DNA of 63,416 bases, the filler included, from an uncultured Gemmatimonadota bacterium (GTDB lineage: Bacteria > Blakebacterota > Blakebacteria > Blakebacterales > Blakebacteraceae): the NCBI GenBank assembly GCA_964576115.1. It is 6 parts of 6 records of this genome, joined end to end, with 100 filler letters (N's around TTAATTAATTAA, not from the genome) between each part and the next. Parts side by side here need not be neighbours in the genome. Positions count along the whole stretch, not along the records: positions 1 to 12,347 come from CAZNUA010000078.1; positions 12,448 to 23,687 come from CAZNUA010000081.1; 4 more parts are not named here. One strand, given 5' to 3'. The notes under the pieces are model-generated. The model did no database searches. It saw nothing but the letters and a program-made list of their open reading frames with translations, and had not been told where the DNA came from. A program made the translations under genes and the position numbers. Shown in pieces: positions 10,394 through 20,465 of this stretch (the stretch's first letter is position 1; every line of letters starts with the position of its first letter).

Positions 10394-11068
10394 CTACTCT
10401 TCCTCTCCGGTGCTCTCTTCGGCCGGAGGACCTTCCGCCTCGGCCTCTTCCTCGCCCACCACGACCGGTTCGAGGATCTCCTCTTCGACTTCCTCTTCGA
10501 CCTCGATCATCCTCGGGGCGGCGACCTTGGCCACGGCCCGGTCGAGATTCATGTAGGTCTCGAATCCCTTCAGGTCGATCGCGTCGAGGTGAATGGAATC
10601 GCCGATTTCCAGATGTGAGATATCCACCTCGAAGCTCGACGGTATCTCGGTCGGCAGACATTCGATCTCGATGGCGTGGATCCGCTGTTCGAGGATGCCC
10701 CCCTGCTGCACGCCTTCGGCCCGTCCGGTCAGGTGCAGCGGCACTTCGACACGGAGCTTCTGTTCCAGGTCGATATGCAGGAAATCGATATGGCGCAGGT
10801 CATCCCTGACCGGGTCGCGATCGACATCGCGGATCAGGGTGAGACGATCCGACTTCTTTTCTTCATCCAGGAGCAGGTTGATCAGGGTCGTTTCCGAGAG
10901 TCCCTCGCGTACGAGGGTCTCGAATTCCTGTCGGTCGATCTGGATGGGTTGCGGGTCGTCGTGAGCGCCGTAAAGAACGGCGGGGATGGCGCTGTTGCGC
11001 CGGACACGACGAGCTGCTCGCGAACCTGTGGCCTCACGGCGCCAGGCCCGGAGGGTTGCCTTATCCAT
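10394..11068 (-). CDS. rplY: 50S ribosomal protein L25/Ctc
   Basis: R...G..AARRVRR...IPAVLYG, HIDF, GVQQGG; ATG at 11068 after AGGAGG. Confidence 0.95.
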   Translation of the reverse strand: MDKATLRAWRREATGSRAARRVRRNSAIPAVLYGAHDDPQPIQIDRQEFETLVREGLSETTLINLLLDEEKKSDRLTLIRDVDRDPVRDDLRHIDFLHIDLEQKLRVEVPLHLTGRAEGVQQGGILEQRIHAIEIECLPTEIPSSFEVDISHLEIGDSIHLDAIDLKGFETYMNLDRAVAKVAAPRMIEVEEEVEEEILEPVVVGEEEAEAEGPPAEESTGEEE

Positions 11069-11246
11069 GCTAGCTCGGCCTCCTGACGGGTCGCGGTCCG
11101 GGACGGTTCCCGCCGCAACCGCTGGCATGTGAACCGGGCCGGGCGGACCGGTTCCTCTGTTCAAGCGGTACTGCCGGTCAGTTCGAAAACTGAATCCGTA
11201 TCCAGCCGGCTATACCGGGCGGACACCAGTGCCCTGTTACGGAATA

Positions 11247-12185
11247 CTAGGTGTCGAACAGGGTACTGATGCTCTCCTCCGCATAGGTGCGGCGGATCGC
11301 TTCGCCGAAGATATTGCTTACCGATACGATTTCCAAGTCCGGAAACTGTTTCTCGGCCGGGATATCGATCGTATCGGTAACGATCACTTCGAAGATCGGA
11401 CTCTGTTCGAGCCGCTCCACGGCCGGCCCGCTGAGCAGGCCGTGGGTGGCGGCCGCGTAAATATCCCCGGCCCCCCTTTCCTTGAGGGCCCGGGCAGCCT
11501 CGCACAGGGTGCCGGCGGTATCGACCATGTCATCGAGAATGAGAATGTTCCTGCCCTCTACTTCACCGATCACATTGAGAACTTCGACCTGGTTCGCCCG
11601 CGGACGCCGCTTGTCGATGAAAGCCAGACCGACGTTCAGCCGTTTGGCATAGGCGCGGGCCATGCCCAGCGAACCGGTATCGGGCGCGACGACGACCAGG
11701 TCGGGAATGGCCAGTTCCTTGAAGTACGGTGTAAAGGCCATGGCCGAATAGAGGTGATCGACCGGAATGTCGAAAAATCCCTGAATCTGGGCCGCATGCA
11801 GATCCATCGTAATCATGCGGTTGGCGCCCGCTTTGCTGATCAAGTCGGCCATCAGTTTGGCCGAGATGCTGACCCGCGGCTGGTCCTTGCGGTCCTGGCG
11901 GCAGTACCCGTAATAAGGGATGACCGCCGTCACCCGTTTGGCCGACGCCTTGCGGGCGGCATCCATGAGCAGGAAGAGCTCGATCAGGTTGGTGGCCGGG
12001 CTGTTGGTGGACTGTACGATGAAGACGTCGGCACCGCGGATATTCTCTTCGTATTTGACGAAGATCTCACCGTCGGCGAAGGTCCTGATAGTCCGATTGC
12101 CGAGCGGAATCTCGAGGTAGTCCGAGATCTTCTGTGCAAGTGGCTGATTGGCGGTTCCGCTGAAGAGTTTCAGGTCATAGGGCAT
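11247..12185 (-). CDS. prs: Ribose-phosphate pyrophosphokinase
   Basis: FADGE, VIPYYGYCRQDRK, DLHAAQIQGFFD, DDMVDTAGT. Confidence 0.98.
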   Translation of the reverse strand: MPYDLKLFSGTANQPLAQKISDYLEIPLGNRTIRTFADGEIFVKYEENIRGADVFIVQSTNSPATNLIELFLLMDAARKASAKRVTAVIPYYGYCRQDRKDQPRVSISAKLMADLISKAGANRMITMDLHAAQIQGFFDIPVDHLYSAMAFTPYFKELAIPDLVVVAPDTGSLGMARAYAKRLNVGLAFIDKRRPRANQVEVLNVIGEVEGRNILILDDMVDTAGTLCEAARALKERGAGDIYAAATHGLLSGPAVERLEQSPIFEVIVTDTIDIPAEKQFPDLEIVSVSNIFGEAIRRTYAEESISTLFDT

Positions 12186-12297
12186 GGATTGCCTTCCCGC
12201 GGTTGATGTCCATCACGGCCCGGCCGGGCTCCCGGTTCTTCTCCTGTCACCACCTCTATTCTTATAACCCGTACCGACACTCAGACCAAAGACAGAC

Positions 12298-12347
12298 TGG
12301 CTGGGGTGCCAGGATTCGAACCTGGATTGCCGGATCCAAAGTCCGGG
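12298..12347 (-). tRNA. tRNA-Gln(TTG), 5' part cut by contig end
   Basis: Reverse complement CCGGA-CTTTGGA-TCCGG...GGTTCGAATCC...CCCCAGCCA; typical location upstream of prs. Confidence 0.92.
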
Positions 12348-12447
12348 NNNNNNNNNNNNNNNNNNNNNNNNNNNNNNNNNNNNNNNNNNNNTTAATTAAT
12401 TAANNNNNNNNNNNNNNNNNNNNNNNNNNNNNNNNNNNNNNNNNNNN
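12348..12447. other. Artificial contig linker
   Basis: N-run, TTAATTAATTAA (stops in all frames), N-run. Confidence 0.98.
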
Positions 12448-12516
12448 GCGGCGGCCTGGTTCCCGGCCCGCCGGGCCACCCGGGTGAACCCGGTCGAGGC
12501 CCTGCGGGTCGAGTAG
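12448..12516 (+). CDS. C-terminal fragment of an ADOP/MacB-type ABC permease
   Basis: Reads AAWFPARRATRVNPVEALRVE*, the same terminus as the full permeases elsewhere in the window. Confidence 0.85.
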   Translation, partial: AAAWFPARRATRVNPVEALRVE

Positions 12517-12597
12517 GTCTATCGATTCGAACCCCACCAGCCCCCGGCTGCGTACCAATACCTGAGTCGGTTCCCCGCGGCCGGGAGGAGAACGAAA

Positions 12598-13047
12598 ATG
12601 AAACGCGAGCGTATCCGGGAGAAAGCGAGCGCCCCTCCCAGCCCCGATTTCCTGCGCGCCAAGGCCGAAGAGGGCTGGCGACTGGTGGCTCTGGAGTGGG
12701 AACGGGAGGTCGATGAGCAGGGGAGCGGAGCAGACCTGCTCAAGGAGGAAATCCCGTACGGACTGAGGGTATCGGCCGACTGCAGGCACCTGGAAGAGGA
12801 TCCGGAGGAAAAGCAGGCTCTGACCCTGATGCTCGAGCTGATCGTGGAGGACAAGCCGCTTTCAGTCGTCGCCGACGGCCTGAACCGACAGGGTCTGCGC
12901 ACCCGCAACGGCGAGGACTGGACCCAGACTTCGGTCTTCTACATGCTGCCCCGGCTGATCGAGGCGGCACCGATGATCTTCTCGAGCAGGGAATGGATCG
13001 AGCGTCGCAGCCAGGTCGAGGCGAGGATGGCGGAACTGCTGGAGTAA
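12598..13047 (+). CDS. Small protein with a stand-alone recombinase-type DNA-binding domain
   Basis: PYG...EE..AL..M.ELI....LSVVADGLNRQGLRTRNGEDWTQTSV resembles the recombinase domain of large serine recombinases; GGAGGAG RBS. Confidence 0.7.
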   Translation: MKRERIREKASAPPSPDFLRAKAEEGWRLVALEWEREVDEQGSGADLLKEEIPYGLRVSADCRHLEEDPEEKQALTLMLELIVEDKPLSVVADGLNRQGLRTRNGEDWTQTSVFYMLPRLIEAAPMIFSSREWIERRSQVEARMAELLE

Positions 13048-13061
13048 ATGCTCGAGCAGCC

Positions 13062-13841
13062 TCAGTCGGCTCCGTTCGAAGCCTTTAAATCTCTCAGTTC
13101 CCGCTGGTATGCCTCGAGGCACTCGGGGCAGAGGCCGTGTGAGAATTCGGCCCCGGAATGGGTCGCGACGTATTCCTCGACCTGTTGCCAGAAACCATCA
13201 TCGTCGCGGATTTTCTTGCAACGGGCACAGATCGGGATGATCCCCTGCAGGGTTCTCACTTCCGCCAGGGCTTTCTCGAGCCGGGTCACCGTCTGGCGCA
13301 GCTCATCCAGGTTTCGGCTGTTTTCAAGGGCTACGGCCGCGAATTCGCCGAAAGCACCGGCCATCCGGGCATCATATTCCGTGAAATCACCCTCCTTGTT
13401 GGCCAGCCCCATGATCCCCTCGGTCCGGCCGGCGATCACGAGCGGAGCGAAGAGGACATTGCGCAGTTCGACATGGCCCTCAGGCATGAATTCCATCCAC
13501 TCGCTGGCCATGAATTCATTGTCCCAGACGACGGCATTGCGGGTGTAGGCCTCAGCCCGCAGACCCCGGATCGGCATGGGCAGGTCGGGTTCGACATCGC
13601 AGGGCAGACCGCCGGCTTCGAGGAAGAGAACCTCGTTCTCCGATCCGTCGGGAGAAAGAAGGGCCACGTATCCCGAACGCGCACCGGTGATCCGACAGGC
13701 CTCATCGAAGATCGTGCGGGCGCACTCCTCAAAGGAAGTCGAGGCGAGAACCGCCCGGGAAGCGGTCAGCAGAGCGGTGACCTCTTCGATCCCGACGGCA
13801 TCGTCGGTGGATGACAGAACATGCATTCCCGAATCGGTCAT
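13062..13841 (-). CDS. GAF-domain protein with C-terminal Cys/His Zn-binding module
   Basis: GAF signature (LFAPLVIAGRTEGIMGLANK..FT..D), coiled coil, IPICARCKKIRD...W..VEEY...FSHGLCPEC. Confidence 0.85.
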   Translation of the reverse strand: MTDSGMHVLSSTDDAVGIEEVTALLTASRAVLASTSFEECARTIFDEACRITGARSGYVALLSPDGSENEVLFLEAGGLPCDVEPDLPMPIRGLRAEAYTRNAVVWDNEFMASEWMEFMPEGHVELRNVLFAPLVIAGRTEGIMGLANKEGDFTEYDARMAGAFGEFAAVALENSRNLDELRQTVTRLEKALAEVRTLQGIIPICARCKKIRDDDGFWQQVEEYVATHSGAEFSHGLCPECLEAYQRELRDLKASNGAD

Positions 13842-13946
13842 TTCATTGTCTCCGCAGTATGATACTCAAGTTATCAGGAACAATTCTTGTTTATAATCCC
13901 AATCACCACCCCGGGACAAGGATCAGTAACAACCCGGGATCCGCTA

Positions 13947-15635
<1,689 letters not shown>

Positions 15636-15782
15636 GGAATCCCCCGCGTTATCCGGTCAGAAAAAGGGCGGGTGCGCTGCACCGCCGCATGATGCACGCG
15701 CCGGTTCAACGTGTCTAGGATTGATTCCGGCTCAGCTCAATACGAGCACCAGGCCGGGCACAGAGCCGCCCGGACTCCACCC

Positions 15783-16853
15783 TCAGCGCAGACCGGGGCC
15801 CTCGGTCAGATTCACCCCCGCCCCGGTCGCGACCGCCATACGCGCCCGACCATGCATGGCGGCACAGCCGGTCTCCCCCGCCCGGTTGACGGCCACGAAG
15901 TGCTCGCCGGGGAAGTAGTCGGGATTCACGTTCCGGTAGCGCGCGACGATCATCTCCAGGGCATCGAGGCAGGCCTGCTGCGGGCTTCGACCCTGCGCCA
16001 TGCGCAGCACGATATAGAAGGTACTGCAGGTCTTGATCACATCTTCGCCGCGGCCCACCGCGCCTGCGGCGCCGACCTCGTTGTCGACATAGAGCCCGGC
16101 TCCGATGATCGGAGAATCCCCCACCCGCCCGGGGATCTTCGACGCGTACCCGCTGGTAGTCGTGATACCGGCCACGTTGCCCGCGGTATCGACCGCCAGC
16201 AGGTTGACGGTGCCGTGATGATATTCCTCGGGATGGAGCCGGTTGAGGTGAGCGGCCAGATCGGGGCGGTCGCGCAGGTGCTCGGGGGGACCCCAATGAT
16301 CGCTCTCGTTCAGGTTCTCGCGCCAGCGCAGCCAGGCCAACCGGGCCCGCTCGGTCAGCAGGTTCTCTTCCTCGAAGCCCCACTTTTTCGCGAAAGCGAG
16401 CGCTCCGGAACCCACCAGCAGGACGTGATCGGTATGCTCCATGACGATCCGGGCCACCGAGCAGGGGTGGCGGATGTTCTCCAGACAACCCACCGCCCCG
16501 GCGTTGTAGGTCCGACCGTCCATGATCGAGGCGTCGAGCTGGACCACCCCGGCTTCGTTCGGCGCACCCCCATAACCCACACTCATATCCTCGGGATCGT
16601 CCTCGACGATGTTGGCCGCTGTCTCGACCGCATCCAGAGCCGACCCTCCCCCGGCCAGGATCTCGTACCCGGCCGCGACGGCGTTGCGACCGGTCTGGTT
16701 GGCGTGGCTCGAGGCGATCATGGGAACCTGCCCCGCCTGGCCGGCTTGACCGGATCGGTTGCCTCCGATGAGCCCACGGGGCATCAGGAACGCCCCGGCT
16801 CCCAGGCCGGCGCTGCGGGAAAAGAACGAGCGTCGCGAGAATGTCCGCTGCAT
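15783..16853 (-). CDS. Tat-exported N4-(beta-N-acetylglucosaminyl)-L-asparaginase (Ntn hydrolase)
   Basis: Twin-arginine SRRSFF; SALDAVE, SVGYGG.PN, LDASIMDG, HGT (nucleophile Thr), GRVGDSPIIGAG. Confidence 0.88.
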   Translation of the reverse strand: MQRTFSRRSFFSRSAGLGAGAFLMPRGLIGGNRSGQAGQAGQVPMIASSHANQTGRNAVAAGYEILAGGGSALDAVETAANIVEDDPEDMSVGYGGAPNEAGVVQLDASIMDGRTYNAGAVGCLENIRHPCSVARIVMEHTDHVLLVGSGALAFAKKWGFEEENLLTERARLAWLRWRENLNESDHWGPPEHLRDRPDLAAHLNRLHPEEYHHGTVNLLAVDTAGNVAGITTTSGYASKIPGRVGDSPIIGAGLYVDNEVGAAGAVGRGEDVIKTCSTFYIVLRMAQGRSPQQACLDALEMIVARYRNVNPDYFPGEHFVAVNRAGETGCAAMHGRARMAVATGAGVNLTEGPGLR

Positions 16854-17083
16854 CAGATGCCTCCCCAAGGTGTGTTTGCATTCGGGTACCGACAGGTTCT
16901 GCGGCTGACAATACCCTGCGACAGGTCACCGATGCACCTGCTCAATTGCGAGGGTGCCCGCCTCGAGAAGGATCGCAGAACCGTCCTCCCGCCGCTGGCG
17001 GGTCGGCTTGAAGAGCAGTATGCTGGAAAGTGGCAGAGCCCCGCAGCCCCCCACCCGAAGACCGCCTGCCGGGAGGAAGCACC

Positions 17084-20000
17084 ATGATACGGAGAGCCGT
17101 CCCCTTGATGACCTTGCTGGTGGCGTGTCTGACCGCACTCAGTACCATCGGCTGCAGCAAAGCGCCCGACCTGAGCCGGGATCCGACCCTTTATGTGGTC
17201 GGATACGCCCACCTCGACACGCAGTGGCGGTGGGATTACGTGCGCACGATCGAGGAGTATCTCCCGAAGACGATGCACGACAATTTCGCCCTGTTCGAGA
17301 AATACCCGCACTACGTCTTCAACTTCAGCGGCGCCAACCGCTACCGCATGATGAAGGAGTACTACCCGGTCGATTACGAACGGGTGAAGGAGTATGTCGC
17401 CGCCGGCCGCTGGTTCCCCTGTGGTTCGTCCATGGAGGAGAGCGATGTGAACGTCCCCTCGGCCGAATCGCTCATCCGGCAGGTCCTTTACGGCAGCCAG
17501 TACTTCCGGCACGAGTTCGGGACACAAAGCGCCGAGTACATGCTCCCCGACTGTTTCGGCTTTCCCGCTTCGCTGCCCGGTATCCTGGCCCACTGCGGCA
17601 TCACGGGTTTCTCGACCCAGAAGCTGTCGTGGAACTCGGCCAACGGCATCCCCTTCAACGTCGGCGTCTGGGAGGGCCTGGATGGCGGTAGCGTGATCGC
17701 CGCCCTCAACCCGCTGAGTTACGGCAGCCAGGTCAGAGAGGACCTCTCGACGAGTGAGATGTGGATCGAGCGGGTCGAAGCCAACGGTCGCGAGGGAGGT
17801 GTCCACGCCGACTACCACTACTACGGCACCGGCGATACCGGCGGTTCGCCCACCGAGAACTCGGTGGCCTGCATGGAGGCGACCGTCACGGGGAGCGAAT
17901 ATGTCTTCCCCCCCGAGCGGCGCCGTCGCCGGTATGGCGAGCCGGAAGAGCCCGCCCCGGAACCGGGGCCGCCGGTCGTGGTGGGTGAAGGGCCGCTGCA
18001 GGTCGTCTCGGCCACCGCCGAGCAGATGTTCCTCGACATCACCCCGGAACAGGCCGCGCGACTGCCGCGTTACAAGGGCGACCTGCTCCTGATCGAGCAC
18101 TCAGCCGGCTCGATCACCTCACAGACCTACATCAAACGCTGGAACCGACACAACGAGGTGCTGGCCGACGCCGCCGAGCGGGCGGCAGTGGCGGCCGAGT
18201 GGTTGGGGGGCCCGGTCTACCCGCGGCAGCGACTGACCGATGCCTGGACCCTGGTCATGGGCGGGCAGTTCCACGACATCCTGCCCGGCACCAGCATCCC
18301 CAAGGCGTACGAGTACTCGTGGAACGACGCCGTGCTGGCGATGAACCAGTTCGCCGGGGTGATCACCGGTTCGACCGACGCCATCGCTTCGGGCCTCGAC
18401 ACCCGGGTTGACGGGACCGCCATCGTGGTCTACAACCCGCTCGCGATCGAGCGCGAAGACGTGGTCGAGGTCAGCCTTGCTTTCCCCGGCGGCGTGCCGC
18501 CGGCGGTGCGGGTGGTCGGTCCCAACGGGGCCGAGGTACCGGCCCAGCTCGCCGGCTCCGATGACGGGATCGCCACGGTCCTCTTCCTGGCCCGGGTGCC
18601 CTCGGTGGGCTTCGCGGTCTTCGACGTCCAGCCGGCCGAAGCCGCCCCGGCGGTTTCACCTCTCGGTGTGACCCACACTTCACTCGAAAACGCCCGCTAC
18701 CGCATCCGCCTGGACAGCAACGGCGACGTGGCCGGCATCTTCGACAAGAGCCTGGGCCGAGAGCTCCTCTCGGCCCCGGCCCGCCTGGCGCTGCAGCACA
18801 ACCGGCCGGCCCAGTGGCCGGCCTGGAACATGGACTGGTCCGATCAGCGCCAGCCCCCGCGCGGCTATGTCTCGGGACCGGCCCGGATCCGCGTGGTCGA
18901 AAACGGGCCGGTCCGGGTGGCGGTCGAGATCGACCGCGAGACCGAGGGTTCCCGGTTCGTGCAGACGATCCGGCTGGCGGCCGGGGAGGCCGGTGACCGG
19001 GTCGAGTTCGACAACGAGATCGACTGGCGGATCGGGTCAACGGCCCTGAAAGCCACCTTCCCCCTGAGCGCGGCGAATCCCGAGGCCACCTACAACTGGG
19101 ATATCGGCACCATCCGCCGGGGTAACAACGATTCCACAAAGTACGAGGTCCCCTCGCACCAGTGGTTCGACCTGACCGACACGAGCGGCGAGTACGGTGT
19201 GACGGTGCTTTCGGACTGCAAGTACGGTTCCGACAAACCCGACGACCGCACCCTGCGTCTGACCCTGATCTACAGCCCCGGCATCACCCGGAGTTACCCC
19301 GATCAGGCCACCCAGGACTGGGGTCACCACGAGTTCATCTACGGTCTGGCCGGCCACAGTGGCGACTGGCGCGAGGGGCGAACCGACCTGCAGGCCCGGC
19401 GCCTCAATCAGCCTCTGCTGGCCTTCATTGCCCCCCGTCATGAGGGCCCGCTCGGCCGCACCTTCTCCCTGCTGCACCTGAACACCAACCGGGTGCGCGT
19501 GCTGGCGGTGAAACGAGCCGAGGAGAGTGACGAGGTCATCGTGCGTCTGGTCGAGCTCGACGGCCGGCCGGCCGAAGGGATCCGGGTCGGTTTCGCCGCT
19601 CCGGTCACCTCGGCCCGGGAAGTGAACGGGCAGGAGATGCGTCTGGGCCGGGCGGATGTGAACGACGGGGAGCTGGTGACCGATCTCTCGCCGTATCAGG
19701 TCCGCAGTTTCGCGGTACGGCTCACCCGGGCTCCGGTCCGGCTCACCGCTCCCCGTACCCGGACGGTCGCCCTCCCCTGGGGCCGGATCGTGACCAGCCA
19801 GGATTCAACCCGCGCCCGGGAAGGGTTCACGGGCGACGGCCGCTGCCTGCCGGCCGAGATGCTGCCCGACCGGATCCTCTATGACGGCATCCCCTTCCAG
19901 TTGGCCGGCGGTCAGGGCACGGAACCCGACGCGGTGGTCTGCCGAGGTCAGACGATCTCCCTGCCCGCGGGCGAGTACGACCGGATCTACCTGCTGGCCG

Positions 20001-20449
20001 CTTCCGCCGAGGGGGACCGGACGACCGCCTTCCGGGTGGGCGAGGAAATCGAGGAGGTAACCGTACCGGACTGGGGGGGCTACCTCGGGCAGTGGGATAA
20101 CCGTATCTGGAAACGGGTCGAGACACAGATCCCGGCCGATCCGGAGCACAACCGCCCGGCCCGGACGCGGGTGTCCGAAGAGTATGACGGACTCGAGCCG
20201 GGTTTCATCAAGCGCTCGCCGGTGGCCTGGTTCTGCTCGCATCACCACTCCATCGACGGGATCAACCAGCCGTATGCGTATGCCTATCTGTTCGGGATCT
20301 GCCTCGAGCGGCCGGCGGGGACGGGAACGCTGACCCTGCCCGGAGATCCCGCGGTGCGGATCATGGCGGTCACCGTTTCAGACGGCGGGGCTCACGTCCA
20401 CCCCGCCCACCCGCTCTACGACACCCTGGAGCGGACGGGAGGACGGTAA
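17084..20449 (+). CDS. Alpha-mannosidase GH38, putative lipoprotein
   Basis: AHLDTQWRW, LPDCFGF, YGTGDTGG, QFHDILPGTSI; signal ending STIGC; GGAGG RBS. Confidence 0.93.
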   Translation: MIRRAVPLMTLLVACLTALSTIGCSKAPDLSRDPTLYVVGYAHLDTQWRWDYVRTIEEYLPKTMHDNFALFEKYPHYVFNFSGANRYRMMKEYYPVDYERVKEYVAAGRWFPCGSSMEESDVNVPSAESLIRQVLYGSQYFRHEFGTQSAEYMLPDCFGFPASLPGILAHCGITGFSTQKLSWNSANGIPFNVGVWEGLDGGSVIAALNPLSYGSQVREDLSTSEMWIERVEANGREGGVHADYHYYGTGDTGGSPTENSVACMEATVTGSEYVFPPERRRRRYGEPEEPAPEPGPPVVVGEGPLQVVSATAEQMFLDITPEQAARLPRYKGDLLLIEHSAGSITSQTYIKRWNRHNEVLADAAERAAVAAEWLGGPVYPRQRLTDAWTLVMGGQFHDILPGTSIPKAYEYSWNDAVLAMNQFAGVITGSTDAIASGLDTRVDGTAIVVYNPLAIEREDVVEVSLAFPGGVPPAVRVVGPNGAEVPAQLAGSDDGIATVLFLARVPSVGFAVFDVQPAEAAPAVSPLGVTHTSLENARYRIRLDSNGDVAGIFDKSLGRELLSAPARLALQHNRPAQWPAWNMDWSDQRQPPRGYVSGPARIRVVENGPVRVAVEIDRETEGSRFVQTIRLAAGEAGDRVEFDNEIDWRIGSTALKATFPLSAANPEATYNWDIGTIRRGNNDSTKYEVPSHQWFDLTDTSGEYGVTVLSDCKYGSDKPDDRTLRLTLIYSPGITRSYPDQATQDWGHHEFIYGLAGHSGDWREGRTDLQARRLNQPLLAFIAPRHEGPLGRTFSLLHLNTNRVRVLAVKRAEESDEVIVRLVELDGRPAEGIRVGFAAPVTSAREVNGQEMRLGRADVNDGELVTDLSPYQVRSFAVRLTRAPVRLTAPRTRTVALPWGRIVTSQDSTRAREGFTGDGRCLPAEMLPDRILYDGIPFQLAGGQGTEPDAVVCRGQTISLPAGEYDRIYLLAASAEGDRTTAFRVGEEIEEVTVPDWGGYLGQWDNRIWKRVETQIPADPEHNRPARTRVSEEYDGLEPGFIKRSPVAWFCSHHHSIDGINQPYAYAYLFGICLERPAGTGTLTLPGDPAVRIMAVTVSDGGAHVHPAHPLYDTLERTGGR

Positions 20450-20465
20450 AATCGGAGATCATGTC

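Noticed and set aside
12348-12447. TTAATTAATTAA palindromic motif recurring five times within N-runs
   Set aside because: Artificial six-frame-stop contig linker. ORFs ending in LIN or N at these points, and gene adjacency across them, are artefacts.
12598-13047. Prophage or ICE integrase
   Set aside because: Too short, no catalytic serine domain, and no att sites or mobile genes nearby.
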